Notes under the pieces: generated by a model | Database searches by the model: none | What the model was told of the DNA's origin: nothing | Seen by the model: only the letters and a program-made list of their open reading frames with translations | Program-made: the position numbers and the translations under genes | In this document: positions 1 through 11,220 of the stretch, in pieces | Position numbering within the stretch: the first letter of the stretch is position 1 | Layout of the letters: every line of letters starts with the position of its first letter | From: Anthoceros angustus | Lineage: Eukaryota > Plantae > Anthocerotophyta | Direction of reading: 5' to 3' | NCBI GenBank assembly: GCA_010909165.1 | Contig: MU008186.1 | Coordinates: 682,001-746,000, forward strand | Length of the DNA: 64,000 bases

Positions 1-689
1 GTTAATTAGGATAGCGGGATAGGAAAATAGGTAGTTTAGATAGAATTAGGATTTTGGAATGATGAATCCAATCTAGGGTTGCGCACCGGCGTACATCCAA
101 AGGAGGCAAAGTGCGCGACCGCGCCTCCACTTCAAGAGCTAGAACGAGAGCTGGAGTTGGAGCGTAAGACGCAAGGAAGGAAAGCGCCATCGCCAGCAAG
201 CCGAGCGAGGCGGAGCCGCGCGCGCCCATCGAAAGGACCGACCAGACAAAGAGGAGAGAAGGAAGAAAGCGAGTACCGAAGCAAGGAAGGGAGCTCACCA
301 CGCCAACCACTGGAAGAGGAAGTGTGAAGCGAACCAAGAAGGCGAGCACTTGGAGAGTCGGGCGGTAAAATTGAGAGCGGGAAGAGCGAGAATCGGCGAC
401 CGCCTCAAGGAAGGAAGGGCCACGGAGAGAAGGTTGGCAGCAGGAACATTCAAGCCGCTAACGTGCTGAAGGAGTGTGTTACCGCAACAAGGAAGAGGTG
501 AAGTGTGAAATTTTGAAGCTCTCAAATTGAGAGTAATTTCCTTCCTTGTGAGCTTGGGAAGGCCACCATGCCTCGAGCTGGAAAGGCAAGGGAAGGAGCC
601 GCCGCAAGGCTCTTCCTCGAGGAGGAAAGGAAAGAAGGAGCACCTGTGAGGGGTGAGGTCGAAATGCCTCAATTCACTTGCTTTGGCAG

Positions 690-2500
690 CTCAACCCCGA
701 GATTTGGTTGATTTTCGAAGGGGGAGGAGGAGAACATCCAACTAGGATGGGTGTATGGCCGCCAATGGGCCTACACCAATTTGGAATTGATTGAGGAGTG
801 TTACATCAACCTCCATCAATCGGAAGCGCCTGCCGCACCGGAGAGGAATGCTAACGGATCCGCTGCTGTGGACACAAGTATTCGATGTGTGTATGGAAGA
901 CCGGAGGAGGAGAGCTCGAATTGCTCTCTCGAAAGGTCGAATGGAGGGAAGAGGACATCTCCGACATCCCGCAGAGTTCCTTGACATGATGGATGGAGGA
1001 GTGAAAGCCCACGCCAAGAATGGTCGGAAGACCGAGAGCATCAAGGAGTCAAGTGGAGGCTCTTCGCAAAGATTGTGCTGGGGTTGGTAAATTACCAACG
1101 CACTTCTTATTTCAAAGACCAACTTCCTCCAATTTTGTGGAAGATTTCCATGGGAGCCAAGCCGGATTGGGGACTATCATGTATGAGGCCTACATCCACC
1201 ATCGAGAAGCTCCTCAAGCCAAATTCGTGGATGAGGAAGGCCAAGGCCTGCTACCTTAGCACCTATTTGGTGCATGGGAAACCGAGGGACTTCTCACAAG
1301 CAAGGAGCTTGAAGATGCATGGCATCCCTTTGAGGTCATCCACTCCACCGAGGTTGGAAAAGGCCTTTACCTTTGCATTGCGAAGACGGTGGGAGGTCGA
1401 CTCCACAAGCATGCTAGAAGCAAGAGGAGAAGATGCGAGGCAACAAGGTTGCCGAGTGGGAATCTTTCCCCACAGTGAGCAAGCAAGGGAGAGGAGCAAG
1501 AAGCGCCGAGGAAGGCCGAATGGTGGTCTATGAGAGAAGGACCACAGTGAGGGGTGATACCAGAGTGGGGAGTCCCCACCATCTCCTTTGTGCCTACGAG
1601 AGAGGCACCCGGCTGCACTACCTAGGGAGGCGCCCACCCAAGGGGTGGGCACCATGGTAGGCGCCACCATGGTAGGTAGGCGATCACAGGGGGAGCAGCC
1701 GGGTAGGGCACCCCACGCCAGCAGCCCCCACGCAGGGAAGGGGAGAAGAACGCGAGGCCGTGAAGGCCGAGGCCACCATCTCCGCTACTGGGTGGGAGAG
1801 CGGATGGAGCGACGGAAGGGACCAAGGCCAGCTGATGGCCCGAAAGGTGTGAGAGCTGGAAATTTCCAAAGAAGAAGTGAGGGGTGGAATTAGGACCCCT
1901 AGGAGAATTGCCGGAGCTTGTGAAGCACTCACCGTGGATTTGAAGGGGCTAGGGACCTAGCAGCCTCCTTGTGGGCATGCCAAGAGGAAGTGAAATCTCA
2001 AGACATGGAAAGAAAGGCAGGACTGGCGTGGCAATTGGAGGCCATGGAGTCGATGAAAAGGCAGCCAAATTGGAAAAGGTCAGGAGAAGCTCCCGACCAC
2101 AGAACACAAGACGAGAAGGTCGAGGGAAGTTGTCACAAGTCAAGAAAGAGCCATTCGGCAACAACCCAAAAGGATTCTTGGAGGCAAAAGGAAGAGCATT
2201 TTGCCCAATTAGAGCAAGAGAGGAAAAGCAAGGCGAGGCACTAGGAAAGGAGAAGCAAGCAACTCGAAGTGGCCGCACATGAGCAGTGTGATGGCTACTC
2301 AAGCTATCAAAATCCGGATATGGGAGAGGAGTTGAGAAGGACCCGACAATTTGGAAGAGGAGCGCTGAGCGAAGCACAAGACCGAGAGGATGCTTGGCAA
2401 GTGAGAAAGAGGGCTTGCTCAATTAGCACCGGAACAAAGGAGGTCTCAGAGGAGGAGCGCCACAAGAAGGTGGTGCATGAATGCCGGTAGTGAGGAAGCG
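690..2500 (+). pseudogene. Frameshifted accessory ORF inside the LTR (unassigned; second copy at ~12220-13990)
   Basis: Peptides shared by both LTRs can be stitched across frames: MPQFTCF..QLNP..YGRQWAYTNLELIEECYINLHQ..IPQEFLDMMDGGVKAH..FKDQLPPILWKI..WGTIMYEAYIHHR, followed by coiled-coil-like AQLEQERK segments. Confidence 0.5.
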
Positions 2501-4321
2501 ATTTTGGGCATTATGCCCTTCGTGCAAAATTGGCCAGCCACCAAAGGAAGTGAGGGAGGAGAATGTAACCTCCATGTGAAGGTGGGAGAATTAACCACCG
2601 CAAGAGATGCCTACAAGGTAGGTGCGAGGATGGAGAGTGGCCCACGAGATTGATGATCTCCAAATGCGATCACAACTTGGGGCTCACCTCCACAACAGAT
2701 CTTGAAGGCCAACAACGAAGTCTTACGGTTGGCCAAGAGGAGGACATTGGGTCCTCATGATGATGACAAGGAGCTGCAAAGTGCAGAGGCCTCCGATTTT
2801 GATGAGGCCATCACGAAATGGACTCCGAGGAACTGAGGAGTCGAGGTGAAGGAGCCACCACAGTGATCGGGAGACGGGCGCGAGAGCAAGGAGGGGGACA
2901 GCCCGCCTCGGGGTCACCCAAGGGGTGGGCACTACCACCTGGTGATCACGGTAGTCCCGACTACCGAGAGGCAGCCCACGGCACGGCAGTTGGGGAGTTG
3001 GGACGGAAGCCCAATCAAGATGGAAAAGGCCGGGGTGCAGATACCGGGAGCAGCTGGGTGGTGGGAGAGACAACCCCACCGAGGAAACTAAGGACGGGTC
3101 CGACCCGAGGAAGGGTGAGGAATCCCTTATCCACGAGTAAGGGAGGAACCGGACCCGAGGAGGAGTCCAACGCAAAAAGGGCCCGAGAGATTAGAAACCG
3201 CATGGTGGGCGATGGGGATGAAGGGTGCTCTATGATAGGTATGGACAACCAAACAAAGGCAAAGAGCAATGAAGATCCCGACCAAGAAACCCTCACCGAG
3301 GAGGAGCGCCACAAGAAGGTGAAAGAAGGAAGAGATAGGCCGACTACCACGATGGTAGTCACTAGTAGTCCGCCACTACCGTAGGGTGCGATGATCGCGA
3401 CGAGGCGACGAGATGGAGGAAGGGAGAGGTGCGGAAGCGCGATTGCCGGAGGGCCGAGGAATCCAGACGCCGCCTGCGAGATGGAGGAAGGGCAAGATTG
3501 TACTTGCCCCACACATTAGGAAGGCGACAAAGATGGGAAAAGAGCAAAAGGAGGGCGAGGGAGCCAATCCACCACGGACACGTCCCTACCCCAAATAGGT
3601 GAAGACTAGATATGGTCAAGGGCCATAAATGCTAGGTAGAAGAATAGGAGGTGATGTAATCGACATCCTTCGAGGATAGACTTAGGTGAAGTTGCTAGAA
3701 TAGATTTACCAAGAAATGCATAATAGATTTAGGTGCCGACATTAAATGTCGGTAGGAAATAATAGAATATTGGAAAAGGTGACCCGCAGAGGGTCACCAA
3801 GGGAGGTTGTATGTGGAAGGCCTCCTATAAGAGGAGGAGGATTTCACAAAGTAAAGTATCATGTCTTGCGCCCACGCCACCGAGTCCTTTGCCATTACAG
3901 AGGAATTTCGTGGCTGTGAGCCAACACAGTCTGCAGAGAGGAAGTCATGTGGTCTGAGTGTTGGTGGAGGACTTGCTCACGCAAGTGCCTAAACGAGTTG
4001 CTCCCTTGTGAATGGTGTGAAATTGCTTTGCTTTGGGTGTGTGGCAAATGCCCAGAACTCGGCTTGAGGGTAGACTACAGGAAAGACTGGAGGTTCTCGG
4101 TGTCAAACTCATAGCAACCGCCCAAGGAAGAACTTGCTGGTGGAGTGTGCACAGTGGCAGTCGAAAAAGAAGCCCGAATCGAGGTTAGAATAGGAGGAAG
4201 AGGATGAGGAGATGAGAAGATGAGTAGAGGATTAGAGGTGTAGGTGTTAGTGGAAGGCCACAGTGCAGCCTAAGGGACGAATCCCAACTGCAAGTAAACG
4301 AGCGCCCCGAGGGAGAAGAGT

Positions 4322-4600
4322 GGTCTTAGAAGTAGGGACGAATCGGAACTGGGGTCCTGGCGCCGTGGTAGGCTGTCCGAGGTGACTGCAATTGTGTTGT
4401 GTCGTTGTAGGTCAAGTTTGGTCTTAGAAGTAGGGACGAAATCGCGGTGTGAACTGGGGGTCGCCTGTAGGTCCTGTCGCCGCGTGACCAATTGTGTTGT
4501 GTCGTTGTAGGTCAAGTTTGGTCTTAGAAGTAGGGACGAAATCGCGTGAACTCCCCGGGCCTGGGTAGGTTGTTGCCGAGGCGTGACCCGCAATTGTTTT
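4322..4600. repeat. ~99-bp tandem repeat in the LTR (3 copies here; 2 copies at 15779-15960)
   Basis: ggtcttagaagtagggacgaa recurs at 4322, 4420 and 4520, and at 15779 and 15881. Confidence 0.85.
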
Positions 4601-4836
4601 GTGTCGCTGTGGGTCGAGGTTGGCGATTTTTCGGGCAAAAGGCTGGTGCACGGAGAGGGAGAGTAGGGCGCCTTGCTTGTTGAGAAGGTCGAGTTGTGAA
4701 GCGATTGGTGACCACAAGGCCTCGAACTTTCACACAAGTCTCATGGGACGAAACCCAACGACGGCGACAGTGGGATAAGTGTGGCCGCTTATAGTGGGAG
4801 GACCGGGAGTGCCCCTGATTCTCCCTACCACATTTT

Positions 4837-4848
4837 TGGCGCCGGGAT
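4837..4848 (+). promoter_or_regulatory. Primer-binding site, tRNA-Asp-like (TGGCGCCG...)
   Basis: TGGCGCCGGGAT lies 4 nt after the LTR end; it resembles the Athila-type TGGCGCCGTTGCCGGGGA with an internal deletion. Confidence 0.7.
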
Positions 4849-5559
4849 TTGTTGTTGAAAGGTTGAAGTTTTGTGGTTTCCATCGCTAGGTCAGCATGCT
4901 TGAGAAGGGACCGAGGGTCACCATGTGTTGTGAGGAAGAATCACGACCTTTAGTTGTCATCGGGTGAATGGTTGAGACACTAGAGGTGGTGTTTTAACCT
5001 CTTAACCCGTGGGTTGGAGGACATGAGGATGGTTGCGTATGTCGGGGGTCGATCTAGGGAGATACACGCGAAGGTCACCACCGCCACCGCAAGAGATTTA
5101 CGAGCCTTGCGAAGAAATCTGGAAGAGACCGCTACCGCTACTCGAGGGCAGCGGAGGAAGTAGAGACGATGACGTGGAAGAAGTCGCTTGACTCTAAGGC
5201 GACGAGGTGCGGAACGATGATCAAAAGTGGAGGAGGAAGAGGCGAGATCACCGGCGAGAGGAAGGAGGTCGAGAAGAGAAGCCGTGACCGCGATTTAGGA
5301 AGGGTCGCGCCTCCGAGCACGAGTTACCGCTCACACCCGCGAACGCCCGCGACGCTTTGCTTCTCAAAGCGGTGACACCACCTCATCTCCAAAGATCAAT
5401 GGACGACGAGGTCGCCGTGAGCGGGAATTTCGTGCTTGGTCGGAGGATTTGGCGGAACGACTCGATCGACCGGGTCGATTGATCTTTGGGACGAACTAGA
5501 GGGAGGTCGCTACTCCTCAAGGATCCCGATTTCTCGTTACCCGGCGAGGAGTGTTGGTC

Positions 5560-6200
5560 CCTGCGGACACCGACCGAGCAACATGAGTGGAGTTGGTGGA
5601 GGAGGAGGACCGCCCCAACTTCATAGTCGCCAAGAATACGCCAAATTCGCGAAGAAGAAGGGAGATGACGCGGAAGCGCTTGTAAGAACTTTGAGCATGT
5701 CTCCCATGCTAACTTGGAGGATGGAGTCGCCGATCGACACGATTTTTCCGGATCTGAGAGGGCATGCAGCTGGTATGGTCGCACCTATAATTCTGTCGCC
5801 GGATTGGGAAGCTCTCAAAGCATTTTGAATCGGTTCGAGGGCTCATATGCACACCACACTTTAGCAAAGAGGACCCTTCAGAGAAGAAACGAATCTTTGT
5901 TTGATTATGTGGAGGTTTTACGTATCCGGATCGAGTTCAAATGTGCACCCGAGACCGGGATCCACCCACTGGTACTCACAAGAGCAAGCGTGGATTGGTT
6001 TGTGAGTGGCTTGTCTCGAAAATGGAGGTACACCGCAGCGTGGACTAAGACGTTGGGGCCTCCGCTGGCCGAGGAATGGGAGTCCGCCGAGTTAGGGAGG
6101 AGAAAGAAGAGAAGTCATAAGAAGAGGAAAGGAACGAGAGATCTAGCCTCGCCTTCCGCCACCTCCTCCTCGCCCCTCATCGAAGCGAGGATAGCGAACT
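5560..6200 (+). pseudogene. gag: Gypsy gag (capsid) fragments
   Basis: QEYAKFAKKKGDDAEALVRT..WEALKAFLNRF..QRRNESLFDYVE..WFVSGL, split over several frames. Confidence 0.65.
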
Positions 6201-7539
6201 CAAGAAAGCTCCACATCGGATGAGGAATCGAAAAGGCCTACGAACGAATAAAGAAGGACCCGAGAAGGTCAAACGAAGAAGCGGAACGCGCATTGGAGAA
6301 GGAGAGGAAGGGAAGACGGGTGGATGGAGGAGGGAGAAACGTCGCAGGAGGGATTAGGACAAGTGGAGGCTTTGACCAAAAGATTGACCGAGTTAGAGGT
6401 CAAGGCGGAAGAATCAAGCTCCACGAAGATCTCCTCACCGCAAGGCGCGCTTGGTGTATTGCTCAATTTGTCATCAAACGACACACCAACCGGAATGTAT
6501 TCGGCACCACGATACGCGTAAACCATGTGGAAACCGCCATGCCGGAGACTTATTGGTATGGTGAAGCTTATCGTGCAAGCGTCACCGAGTCGGCCACCAC
6601 CAATCCATGAGGGCGACTTACCAACCGACTACACCAGCCCTCGAGGTATGGATCGCGACCGACATCGCCAGACCATGGAGACCGATCCATCGCAGGCCGA
6701 TGGCGATTCCACAGTGGTGTTGTTACAATGGAGCACCGTCACTACTCAAATGAATGTCCGTAACCACGAACAAGTGGTTATGTACCCTTTTGTCAAGTGT
6801 AAGGAATTAGGACATAAAATGGGGATCCCAGCTCGGGTGTGGCGAGTGGCACCACCACCAGGGTCAGGAACCAGCTAGAGGAGGCAAGGCCCAACTCAAA
6901 CCGCGATCACCGGACCACAACACCGGTCAAGGTGGAGGCGAGTATGATTCCTCGACGGATCCAAAGGTGACATCGTGATCGTGGAAGAGGGGTATGAAGG
7001 AGAGATGAGTGCGGATGAAGGATTGATGGTGGCCAAGGTGACCACCGATCGCGGGGAGAAAGGCCGAGGTAAAAACGGGGAAGGAGGAAAGGAAGCGAGA
7101 AGGTGAGGGACGACTCACCTGCCTCCGTGAGACGCGCCCAAGCGTGAGGAGGGGAGCAGCCCACCCCAAAGTAGACTTGCACTACCCGGGGCGGGCAGGT
7201 CAAGGAGAGGAGGAACGAACCACGCTTCTCCCGACATCACCGAGAAGTAGCGGCGTGGAAGATGAGCTAAACAGCTCACCCGATGGAAGACAAGAAGTAA
7301 ATTATTGATCCACGGTGGGTCCCAACCGATAGGAGGGATCATGGAATCGAAGTTTTACCAATAAGGTCGGAGTCGACTGTGGCTGCAAGCGGGAGGAAAC
7401 CTTGTCGATAAAATCTCCGCCACGACGCATGACCGCGAATTTGTGGTCGGCCTGAGATGCTTGCGTGAGTCCGAGATCCCGCAAAATTGTGAAGGAGGCG
7501 ATCGGGGAATCAAGGTAGGGAGGGAGAAAGCGGCGGAGG

Positions 7540-10500
7540 TAAATGTGGTCGAACTCATTGATTTGGGGCACCCGAGATTGAGGTTGAAATTGCGGGTGTT
7601 TGGTGCCCGACGTGCCATTAGATTCGGATCGGAGTCAACTTGATGACGGAGGAGACGGCTCATCAACTCGGGTTCACCGAGTTTCACCCGCCCGAGTATT
7701 TTTACGGATGGCACATAAGGAGAAAGCCACTAGGGGGCGTGCCCACCGAATTGGGGACTCACCTTCCATCTTACCTACATTGTGATGCGCCGTTTCGGAT
7801 TTAGGCTATAAGGTTTTGATAGGTAGGCCTTGGTTGTATGGTACGCGCGGTGTTTTTGATTTTGGTCGAGTGGCATCACCTTCAAGTCCGATACGACCCG
7901 CGGCGATTGCTTTCATGGAGCAAGGCTCCTTATGAGGGGAGTCTGCAACCCCCCGACACCCTCGTAGCACGGGGTAAGCTCCTGCAAAGGATCGAGCATA
8001 TCGGGGTCCTCAATGAGGTCAAATAAAGAGTGATTTGGTGTATACCTGCTTACATAGAGGAAGTCATAGAAGAATCAAGATGAGGCCCATAGAGAAGGAG
8101 TAGCCTTTTGGAAGGGCAAAGCTTATGAGCGACTTTCCTAAGAGGGATCCGAACCAAGATAGCAGCATCCGAGGAACATGTAGATCCGACGCGGAAGACT
8201 TAGAGTTAGAACCGCAAGGTAGTCAAGATTTCTAAGTATCTAGGTGGAAAAGAAGAGTTTCAGAGCATGCTTAGGGAGTATGTCGATGTGTTTGCCTTCA
8301 AGATTACCGACATGACAGGATACCGAAGAACCGGGATACATCGAATTGATTTGAAGGAGGGCAAGACACCGAAGGATCAAGCAATACCGGTCAATCCCAA
8401 GTATTCCATGGTTGTTAAGGATCACCGACCAATACTTGAGGGTGATTTATCCGGTTACTCAGAGTGGTCGCCCCCATCGTAATTGTACCAAGCAAAGGAA
8501 AGGTTCGGTGTGTCAAGATTTCGTGAAACTTAATGAAGCAACGAAGGACCACCACCTTGCCTTTCATGGACAGCGTGTTGACACATGGCTGGCCATGAAA
8601 TGTACGTGGATGGGTACTCAATCAATTTCTGAGGAAGGAGGATCGTGATAAGACAACGCTCACAACCGATTGGGGAACTTACGCTTATTCCAAGCTCCCT
8701 TCTTGTGTAACGCCCCGCCACTTTCAACGAGTGGTGAACGCTATATTCGAGATTTTACTAAGTTCATGGAGTATTCCTAGATGATTGTGTTTGAGGAACC
8801 GATCTAGATCATTTGAGGCAATGTTTCAGAGATGCAGAATCGAACATGAAACTTCATCCGGAAGTGTTATTTTGGTAATGAGGGTATCTTTTGCACATCG
8901 AGTTTCGAGAGGATTGCGTAGATAAGGAGAAGGTAGCTATAGTCGAGATGGACGCACCACAAACGGTGAGGCAAAGCGTGCTTTTGTAGGGGGTAGGATT
9001 ACAGTGAGGTTCATCAAGGATTTCGCCAAGAAGGCAGCCTTGTTGACACAATTGACCAAGAAGGATACACCGCTCGAATGGACAACGCGAGGCGTGAGGC
9101 TTTTCAGCTTGAAGGATGCTTGGTGAGCGCGCCAACTTACAACCACCGATTGGGAAAACCGCTTCATGTATACGGATGTGTCCGCTACGCCATTGGGACC
9201 GCTCTTAAGCCGAAGGACGAGAAGAAACGGATCATCCGATTTTCTATGCGGAGACACCAGACGCTGAAAAGAACTACTCAACCACGGAGCGGAGGGTCTT
9301 GGTATCATTTACTCGTAAGAAGTTTAGACACTATCCGCTTGCTTGCAAGGTGACGCTTCATGTTGACCATTTTGCTGAAGTATCTTGTCAACAAGCCGAT
9401 TTGTCGAAGGATTGCCGTGGGTACTATGCTGCAAGAGTTTGACTACGAAACCGCACTGTGAAAGCAACATCGAACGCTGATTTCATTTCTCGAAAACCGG
9501 AGAGCGACTTGAGCCACCGATTTCGACGAGGAGTTGGTCGCCACGACCGGGTCAAGGAGAAGGACACGAGCATAATGAAGACGGCCTAAGAAGTGATCAG
9601 CAAGTCTTGTTAGAAGAGAGGCCAAGTGAGCAAGAAGGAACAGCGTGAAAAGCGCAGCAGGACAACTGGAGATCCGAGGAGAGGGCGCGCAAGGAGGAGA
9701 CTGAAATGCTCTCAAGGGTGAGCAGCAGCTGCAAGTGGAGGCCACGAGTTGGCAACAGGAAGGAGATGCATCCCATGACAAGCTTGAAGAAAACCGCAGG
9801 AGAAGGAAATGGCGGTGTTCATGGGAAATATGGGCAAGACCAGCGTGAGGCCAAGAGGAGCGAAGTCGGCCCATTGTCGGAAGAGGAGTATGCATGAGCG
9901 CAAACCGGGTATGTGAACCTAGGAGAAGCAAGGAGGCGATGGATTTACGACAGATCCACACGGCACGGACGAGAAAGGGTGGAGGCGGGTACGCCTGGAG
10001 GAGGAGATTGAACGCGAGGGCGTTTGCCGAGATATCTGAATGGGAGGTACGCAAATTTCTCGGAGCATGGAACCATGCCCGATGGTTGTGAGGGGCGAGT
10101 CTTTCTCCATAAAGCCTCGCCTACCGCTTGAGGGCGGTGTCCCGTATAAACAAGGTCCGGACGAAAAAGAGATGCCTCGACGCTGAAGAAGCTTCACTGT
10201 CACGAGGCATTACATGCGTAAGAGGGGTGGACACTATTCGCACAGTGACCGTTAAGAAGATTTTGAATGCGGATTCGTGGGCTACGATGCAAAAGGATGT
10301 GTGGGAGTTCACCGAGGTGTGATGCGTGTCGAGGGTTGACGGCCTACGTTGTCACACAATGGCCTCTTACCTACATCTTACCGCACCTTCGAGAAGTGGG
10401 GAATCGATCAGAGGACCGATCAAACCACCAACGCAATGGACTAAGAAGCGACATTTTGGTGGCTACGGATTATTGTACAAAGATGGTGGAAGCAAGCAAG

Positions 10501-11200
10501 GAAGGATGACGACAAAGCAAATTTTTATTCGAGAACATCATAACGAGGTATGGATGTCCTTTAGAGTTGGTCACGACCGGGACACATTTCCTCAACTCGG
10601 TCGTGAGTCCCTAACCACCTACTTCAACATTCGCATCGAAGACGACTCTACAACCCAAAGGCAAAGATGGATTGGAGAAGACGAATGGGTTGCACAATCC
10701 TCACCAAGGTAACTGGACACATGTATGATTGGGATGCTAAGTTGCACTCAAGATTGTGGGCTTACAGGACCGCATGGAGAAGATAACCACAAAGAAGACC
10801 CTTATTATCTAACATATGGCATGTCTCCGTGATGCCCGTGGAATTTGAAGTACCTACCTGTGATCATGGAGGATGAACGATGATCAGAGGATAGTCGTAG
10901 CTAGGTTAGAAGCTTCAGCAGAGGAGCATAGGGAGGATGCTTTAGAAGAAACATGGATTCGTGAACTCGTAAAAGATCGGCATGATGGGAGGTTAAGAGG
11001 AAGCAGACTATCGTGGACGGGATTTGGTTCTTCTATATGATAGTCTACCTAGACTTTCCAGGAAGCGTGAGATGGATGGGACCGAGGTGGTCGCAGATAC
11101 GAGAATGGATCCGCAACTCGGCCGGGCGAATTATGCCGACCGAGTCAATGGGTGGAAGGTCAAGAAGTACCTCACCCGGTACTGTTGTTTGCGAGGACGC
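7540..11200 (+). pseudogene. pol: Gypsy pol: aspartic protease (~7600), RT (~8240-8950), RNase H (~9050-9500), integrase (~10100-11190); heavily frameshifted
   Basis: VPDVPLDS(G)SGVNLM protease; LREYVDVFAF..HRIDL..NPKYSMVVK..QDFVKLNEATK RT; LVSAP..P.GKP.HVY RNase H; VTVKKILNA..WEFT..CDAC zinc finger; RVNGWKVKKY C-terminus. Confidence 0.85.
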
Positions 11201-11205
11201 AAACA

Positions 11206-11218
11206 GTGAGGTGGGGAG
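11206..11218 (+). promoter_or_regulatory. Polypurine tract
   Basis: gtgaggtggggag lies 2 nt before the TG start of the 3' LTR. Confidence 0.8.
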
Positions 11219-11220
11219 TA

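Larger units (their letters stand above)
1..4832 (+). repeat. 5' LTR (partial, ~370 bp missing upstream)
   Basis: Colinear with 11590-16166; ends ...ccctaccaCA directly before the PBS. Confidence 0.9.
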
